Shown here in pieces: positions 58,607 through 64,000 of a stretch of DNA of 64,000 nucleotides. This DNA is from an uncultured delta proteobacterium (GTDB taxonomy: Bacteria > Desulfobacterota > Binatia > DP-6): positions 992,001-1,056,000 of the forward strand of contig CAWFFN010000007.1 in assembly GCA_963815115.1 (NCBI GenBank). Reading direction: 5' to 3'. How positions within the stretch are numbered: the first letter of the stretch is position 1; each line of letters begins with the position of its first letter. The notes beneath the pieces are model-generated. The model made no database searches. It was not told the DNA's origin and was given only the letters and a program-made list of their open reading frames with translations. The translations under genes were made by a program, and so were the position numbers.

Positions 58607-59980
58607 TCAGCGCGCCGCCGCAGCGCGGCCGAGATCGTCGAGCAGGGTCGTGACGGTCTCGGCTGCGAGCGCAACGCTGGTGTTCCACGCGGTGACGCGC
58701 GGGTAGGCCTGAGCGGTGGTGCAGAGATAGAGCCGGCTGAGCCCGACGCGAGGAGCGGGGCGCCGGCGCAGGTAGCCGAGCGTCCATGCCGGCTCGACGT
58801 GCGGAGCGCGGAAGACGTACACCGCCTCCACATCCTGGCGTCGGAAGCGGGGGTAGAGGGTCGCCAGCCCGGCGGTCGCCTGCCCGGCAATGACGTCGTC
58901 GGAGCGGTTGTAGAGCTCGCTGCCGGCGTCGCAGTAGTTCATCAGGTAGCAGAGGTGCCGGCCGCCGGTCCATTCCGGCTTGATCACGTGGGTGGTCTCC
59001 ACCACCCCCTGGAAGGGAAAGCGGGGATCGACCACGGCGGTCCAGTAGAAGCGCTCGAGCCGCTGGCGCGACACCACCAGTGCGTTGACGACGCCCTGGT
59101 ACTCGAGCTCGGGCAGCGGCACGGCCGCGCCGAGCGCGCCCCGGGAGATGCGCGTCAGCAGGGGCAACGGGAGCGTCGAGACCACGCCGTCGAAGCGCTC
59201 CGTACCCGCGGCGGTGGTCACGCGCACGTCGTCCGCCGTCTCCGTGACGGCATTCACCGGACAGCGCAGGCGGACGTCGCCGCCGCGCGCGATGACGGCG
59301 CCGCGCAATGCCTCGGCCAGGCCGCGGTAGCCGCAGCGCAGGTAACCCTTGACCTCCTGGCCGCCGTCCTTCTCCCGGTTGAGCGTGTTCCACACCCAGT
59401 ACGCCGGCACGCCGTCGCGGCGATCGCCGAACTTGGCGCGCAGCAGCGGATCCCAGATGCGCTCGAACACGCGCGGTCCGAACAGGCCGCGCAGCCAGTC
59501 CACCGCCCGGATGTCGTCCAGGTCGACGCCGCGGCGCTTGAGCTTGGTGATGTAGAGCGCGCCCAGGCCCGTCCGCAGCCGATCCGGCAGGCCGAGGGCG
59601 CGGAACTTGAGAAGATCGAGGGGCGTGTTGAAGCCGTAGAGCTCCCCGTCGACGAGAAACCCCATCCCCGTCTCGCTCCAGTGCAGCTGATCGGCGAGGT
59701 CCATCTCGCCGATCAGCCCGATCAGCTCCGCGTCGCTGTCGAGAATGACGTGGTAGTAACGATCGATGCTGTAGCCGCGGTGCTCGAAGTGCGTGCCGAG
59801 GCCGCCGACCTGCCCGGCAGCCTCGAAGATCACGGGACGATGACCGGCCTTGGCGAGGAAGTGGGCCGACGCCAGCCCGGCGATCCCGCCACCGAGAACG
59901 GCGACGCGTAGCGGGCGCCAGCCGCCGCTCACGAGCCGCAGCGGGGGGCGCTCGTCCGAATGCGCGGTCCGCACGTTCAC
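58607..59980 (-). CDS. NAD(P)/FAD-dependent oxidoreductase (amino-oxidase/protoporphyrinogen-oxidase fold)
   Basis: VAVLGGGIAGL..A, FEA...VGGL, DRYYH; GGAGG RBS before GTG59980. Confidence 0.85.
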   Translation of the reverse strand: MNVRTAHSDERPPLRLVSGGWRPLRVAVLGGGIAGLASAHFLAKAGHRPVIFEAAGQVGGLGTHFEHRGYSIDRYYHVILDSDAELIGLIGEMDLADQLHWSETGMGFLVDGELYGFNTPLDLLKFRALGLPDRLRTGLGALYITKLKRRGVDLDDIRAVDWLRGLFGPRVFERIWDPLLRAKFGDRRDGVPAYWVWNTLNREKDGGQEVKGYLRCGYRGLAEALRGAVIARGGDVRLRCPVNAVTETADDVRVTTAAGTERFDGVVSTLPLPLLTRISRGALGAAVPLPELEYQGVVNALVVSRQRLERFYWTAVVDPRFPFQGVVETTHVIKPEWTGGRHLCYLMNYCDAGSELYNRSDDVIAGQATAGLATLYPRFRRQDVEAVYVFRAPHVEPAWTLGYLRRRPAPRVGLSRLYLCTTAQAYPRVTAWNTSVALAAETVTTLLDDLGRAAAAR

Positions 59981-61704
59981 GACGCCTCCTGGACCCGGAA
60001 CTCGGACCCTGGAAGACCGCGCTCCAGGCGGCCGAGGGCGATGCTCTGCCCCGGCTCGAGGAGCGGGACGGGCAGCGACAGCGTCTCCGATTCGCGCTCC
60101 ACCAGGATGCGCGCACCCGCCATCGGCAGGCGACCCTCGTTGGCGACGACCAGCCGATCCGCGACGACGCGCACGACCACGTGCTCGCGCGCCGCCCACC
60201 AGCGAGCGACGTCGCCGGCATTCGCCAGCCACACGTCGGGCCGGTCGAGCTGTCGCCGGACGAACGCCAGGTGGGCGCCTCGGCGTGCCGAATCGCGGTC
60301 GCCGAACACGCCGCCGTGCACGATGCCGACGTAGAGCCCACCGGTCTCGCCCACGAACGCGATCTTGGCGCGGACGGCCCGGCGAAGCTGGCGGATGTCG
60401 TCGCCCTGGAACAGCGGCTGGATGCAATCGGGCGCGCTCACCGGCAGCTCGAGGCACGCACTCGGCCGCAGGCGCCCGTCGCTGGCGACGATCGGCGGGC
60501 GATACGGCACGTTGACACGCACGCCGCCGCCGAAGTGATCGAGGCTCTCCCGATCGACGTCCGGGTACGACGAGTCGTACTCGAATCCCAGGCGATCGAG
60601 CGCCCAGACGAGGTCGGGAGAGCGGTCGAGGCGCGGGCTGCGAAAGCCGGTGATGGCACGATCGAGTCGTCGCTCGAGCATGGCGCGGGCGCGCTCGATG
60701 CCGGCGGCGATGTCGATCCGGGAACCGTCGAGCGTCTCGCCGCGATGCTCGAGCCCGTGGCACAGTACCTCCGCGCGGCGCAGGCCGGCTTCCGAACGCA
60801 CGAAGAGCGATCGGCTGGCCGGCCCGGCCACCAGGCCGAAGGTCGGGGGGTGTCCGCTACGCGCCACGCTGGAGAGAAGCTGCTCGAGCCCGGCGGTGTA
60901 GGCGTAGATGGACGGCTCGATGTCGTGCGTCAGGATGGCCGCCGAGTCGTAGGGAGCAGGCCAGCGCGCCAGCCGCACCAGCTCGCCGCCCGCTCGACGG
61001 ATCAGCGCCTTCAGCAGCTCGATGAGCAGCCAGCCGCTCGGATCCACCGGATACGTGCTGGCGCACGGGCCGAGGCCTCGCAGATGGCGATCGAGGCGCG
61101 CGTAGCTGCGGCGTTGCACGACGCGCCGGACGGCATCGGGGGCGCGGTAGTAGAGCGCCAGCGCGGAGCGCGTCGCACCGGGACGCAGCGAGCGCTTCGC
61201 CGGCTCGGGAAGGTACCCCTCGGTGATGAGATCGGTGAGCGCCGCGCCGAGGTCCAGCAGACACCACACCTGCGAGCCGCGCTGGACGACTGCCGGCGCA
61301 CGCCGCCCGTGGCCGTCGTGGACGGTCGCCAGCACGGTGCCGCCGAGCCCCGACGGCGCGAGATGGGCGGTGGCCCGCGGCAGGTCCAGCATGCCATCGG
61401 CATGGGAGCGCGCGAGGCGGCGGACGGCGGCCGGCCAGATCGGCTCGTCCAGCGAGATGCCGAGCGGGACGTCGGCCAGCGCCGGGAGGGGACCCTCGAT
61501 CCCGTCGTGCCCGCCGAGCACGACCGTCGGGACCTGGCGCGCGAGCTCGGCGGCGGCGCCGTCGAGCTGATCCGCGGTCACCACCAGCACGCGGCCCTCG
61601 AACTCGGCCGCGCGAGCGATGCGGCGCGCCGGAATCCCCTCGATGGCGAGCGCGGTCGCGATCCCGAAGCCGCGCCGGTCGTCGGCGATGAGCAGGTCGA
61701 TCAC
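59977..61704 (-). CDS. Polysaccharide deacetylase-family protein with N-terminal domain
   Basis: WP..Y..A..LTHDIE, E..CHG..H, GFRSP, YDSS, LELP. Confidence 0.78.
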   Translation of the reverse strand: MIDLLIADDRRGFGIATALAIEGIPARRIARAAEFEGRVLVVTADQLDGAAAELARQVPTVVLGGHDGIEGPLPALADVPLGISLDEPIWPAAVRRLARSHADGMLDLPRATAHLAPSGLGGTVLATVHDGHGRRAPAVVQRGSQVWCLLDLGAALTDLITEGYLPEPAKRSLRPGATRSALALYYRAPDAVRRVVQRRSYARLDRHLRGLGPCASTYPVDPSGWLLIELLKALIRRAGGELVRLARWPAPYDSAAILTHDIEPSIYAYTAGLEQLLSSVARSGHPPTFGLVAGPASRSLFVRSEAGLRRAEVLCHGLEHRGETLDGSRIDIAAGIERARAMLERRLDRAITGFRSPRLDRSPDLVWALDRLGFEYDSSYPDVDRESLDHFGGGVRVNVPYRPPIVASDGRLRPSACLELPVSAPDCIQPLFQGDDIRQLRRAVRAKIAFVGETGGLYVGIVHGGVFGDRDSARRGAHLAFVRRQLDRPDVWLANAGDVARWWAAREHVVVRVVADRLVVANEGRLPMAGARILVERESETLSLPVPLLEPGQSIALGRLERGLPGSEFRVQEAS

Positions 61705-62324
61705 GGCGACACGCCCGTCCCGTCTTCGGTCACCGTCCGGTCCCGGGCACCGTGCGCGCAGGACGAGGCGGCGTCGGATGCGCCGCCCGGCAGCGGCCGA
61801 CCGCAGATGCAGACCCAGCCGCGGATGCGCGCGGGATTCCCCACCACCAGCGCGTGTGGCGGGACGTCCGCGGTGACGACCGCGCCCATGCCGACCATCG
61901 CGTATGCCCCGATGGTCAGGCCCGGTCCGATGCGCGCGCCCGCTCCGATGGTCACGCCTTCCATCACGCGGCCGGGCAGCGTGTCCTCGCCGGGAGCGGA
62001 ATCGGCCAGCCCACCGCCGCGCGCGTCGAATGCCCGTGGATACCGGTCGTTGGTGAAGATCACGCCGGCCGCGATCATGACGCGATCGTCGATGGTGATC
62101 CCGGTCGGGATGTAGACCATCGCGTTGATCTTGACGAAGTCCCCGATCCGGACGCCGTAGGCGATGTAGGTCTTCTCGCCGACGATGCAGTCGTGCCCGA
62201 TGGTGGCCGGTCCCCGGACGTGGACGTTGTCCCACACCGCGGTGCGGTCTCCGATGCGGACGCCATCCTCGATCAGTGCGGTCGGGTGGATGTGCGGCGC
62301 GTCGCCGGCGCGCGCGCGGCTCAC
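61701..62324 (-). CDS. LbH N-acetyltransferase (WbpD-like) with C-terminal Cys cluster
   Basis: IHPTALIE, FTND.YPR, GNPAR..GWVCICG. Confidence 0.88.
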   Translation of the reverse strand: MSRARAGDAPHIHPTALIEDGVRIGDRTAVWDNVHVRGPATIGHDCIVGEKTYIAYGVRIGDFVKINAMVYIPTGITIDDRVMIAAGVIFTNDRYPRAFDARGGGLADSAPGEDTLPGRVMEGVTIGAGARIGPGLTIGAYAMVGMGAVVTADVPPHALVVGNPARIRGWVCICGRPLPGGASDAASSCAHGARDRTVTEDGTGVSP

Positions 62325-63361
62325 GCCTGCGCCCTCAGGCGCGGGCGAAGCTCTTCCGCGATGGGAAGGTCGAGGCTCTCGACCGGCATCCAGCTGCCGG
62401 AGCGCAGCGAGCGGTACGACGCGTCGACCGCCGCGACGGTGCGGAGGCATTCGTCGGCCGTGATCCATGGCGGCCGTGTGCCCGCCACCACGTCGACGAA
62501 CGCGCGCATCATGGCGGCGTGCGACGCGTGCCGGTCGTAGAGACCGGCGAGCAGCGGCCGGGGCTCCTCGCCCGCCACCCGCAGGCGCGACTGGCGCCAG
62601 CCGATGTCGATGCTGCCCTTGGTGCCGTGCACCATGACGTAGGTCTCGCGCTGCGTGGCGAGGCTCCAGCTGAGGTCGATGCGGCCGATCAGACCGGTGC
62701 CGATCTCGACCATGATGGTCGCGGAATCCTCGACCCCGAGCGCCTGCCCCGGCCTCAACTGGGTGGCGTGAACGTTCGTCACCCGGCCGAGAAGAAACGC
62801 GGCGAGGTCGAAGGCGTGGCTACCGTTGTCGATGAGCACGCCGCCGCCGGCGATGCTGCGGAGGGCGTTCCAGCGCCCGGACATGTCCACGCGGCTCGAG
62901 AAGTCGATCTCGAACGCGAGTGGCCGCCCGATGGCACCGACGGCGATCAGCTCGCGCGCCGCGATCACGTCGGGGACGTGGCGGAACTTGGTGGCGATGA
63001 GCAGGCGACGGCCGGTCCGCGCGGCGGCCCGGATCATGCGCATGGCGCCGTCGCTGCGGACGCCGAGCGGCTTCTCGCACAACACGTGCAGGCCGCGATC
63101 CAGGGCGGCGATCGCCAGGGGCGTGTGGTGCACCGGCGGCGCGCAGATGCTGACCGCATCGAGGCCGGGCATTCCGAGCAGCTCGCGGGTAGCGGGCGTC
63201 GCGTACAGCCCCTCCGCCCGCGCCGCCTCCACGACGCCCGGCGACGGGTCGGCGACGGCGACGATCTCCACGTCGGGGAGTGCACGCCAGGCTTCGAGGT
63301 GAACGCGGCCGGCACGGCCGAGTCCGATCACGCCGACCCGCATGCGCCTGCGCTCGGTCAC
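62321..63361 (-). CDS. Gfo/Idh/MocA oxidoreductase
   Basis: GVIGLGR.G, EKPL, GGGVLIDNGSH. Confidence 0.88.
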   Translation of the reverse strand: MTERRRMRVGVIGLGRAGRVHLEAWRALPDVEIVAVADPSPGVVEAARAEGLYATPATRELLGMPGLDAVSICAPPVHHTPLAIAALDRGLHVLCEKPLGVRSDGAMRMIRAAARTGRRLLIATKFRHVPDVIAARELIAVGAIGRPLAFEIDFSSRVDMSGRWNALRSIAGGGVLIDNGSHAFDLAAFLLGRVTNVHATQLRPGQALGVEDSATIMVEIGTGLIGRIDLSWSLATQRETYVMVHGTKGSIDIGWRQSRLRVAGEEPRPLLAGLYDRHASHAAMMRAFVDVVAGTRPPWITADECLRTVAAVDASYRSLRSGSWMPVESLDLPIAEELRPRLRAQA

Positions 63362-64000
63362 GACGCCACCTGCGGCGTCCGCGCCCGACCGCGCGCCCAG
63401 CGCGCCGACAGGAGCGCCGCCATCAGGGCCAGGAGCCCGATGTGCGAGAGGACGGCGTCGCCGATCTTCAGCTTCGACTTCCCGAACCGGCGCGTCCCGA
63501 GCTGCATGGGCACCTCGCGCACGCGGTAGCCCTTGAGCATGCCCCGAAGCATGAGCTCCGCGACGGCGGCGAACCCGGCCGCCCGGAAGTGCGTCGCCTC
63601 GAGGACTTCGCGGCGGTACGCCCGGCACAGGCAGGTGAAGGTGTAGACGTCCTGTCCGATGAGCAGCTTGTAGAGTCCCGAGACGGCACGGCTGAGGGCG
63701 ACGCGCACCGTGCCACCCTGCGAAGGGACCGAGTCCGGGTGCCACGGCGAGGCGGTCGCAATGTCGGCGTCCCGCTCGAGCAGGTGAACCAGCTCCGGCA
63801 GTCGCTCCGGCAGGTACGTGCAGTCGCTGTCGATCGTGCACACGATCGGCGCGCGGGCATGGGCGAAGCCGGTGCGCATCGCGGCGCCGAGGCCGAGGTT
63901 GGTTCCGTGCCGCACGACGCGCATCCACGGGCGCACGCGGGCGGCGGCGAGCAGCGCCGTGAAGGTCCGGTCGCGGCTGCCGTCGTCGATGAAGATGAAC
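63358..64000 (-). CDS. GT2 (DPM1-like) glycosyltransferase (5' end outside the window)
   Basis: FIDDGSRD.T at the window edge, NLGLG.A.R.G, IDSDCTY. Confidence 0.85.
   Translation of the reverse strand, partial: FIFIDDGSRDRTFTALLAAARVRPWMRVVRHGTNLGLGAAMRTGFAHARAPIVCTIDSDCTYLPERLPELVHLLERDADIATASPWHPDSVPSQGGTVRVALSRAVSGLYKLLIGQDVYTFTCLCRAYRREVLEATHFRAAGFAAVAELMLRGMLKGYRVREVPMQLGTRRFGKSKLKIGDAVLSHIGLLALMAALLSARWARGRARTPQVAS

Overview
A GC-rich bacterial window taken up almost entirely by one very large cell-surface glycan and glycoprotein locus: about 48 genes, with no rRNA, tRNA, CRISPR array or recognisable mobile element. From right to left it holds: (i) a minus-strand Wzx/Wzy-type polysaccharide operon (about 47.4-64 kb) with GT2s, a GT26, deacetylases, a Gfo/DegT/acetyltransferase set, a flippase and a frameshifted O-antigen ligase/polymerase; (ii) a divergent beta-helix enzyme plus GT4; (iii) a minus-strand operon (26.4-44.3 kb) with acyltransferases, polyprenol-phosphate sugar synthases, GT-C membrane glycosyltransferases, WecB and an amino-sugar pathway with an ArnE/F-like flippase; (iv) two paralogous secreted GSDH-PKD-DUF4082 surface proteins (about 2681 aa and 1058 aa), the larger behind a sigma54-type motif; (v) a VOC-FkbH-ACP-acyltransferase-TylF methyltransferase module facing a WbmS-like deacetylase, plus a second FkbH-like gene; (vi) an MFS plus TolB-like pair, a small FN3/Cys-rich secreted protein and a partial M19 dipeptidase. 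The best candidate new system is periplasmic GT-C glycosylation combined with ACP-dependent acyl decoration, encoded beside its probable Ser/Thr-rich protein substrates. The secreted-protein architecture resembles that of Ca. Binatia/Deltaproteobacteria, but this is an impression only. Family assignments come from motif recognition, not database searches, and many start codons were moved relative to the ORF track using stop/start overlaps.
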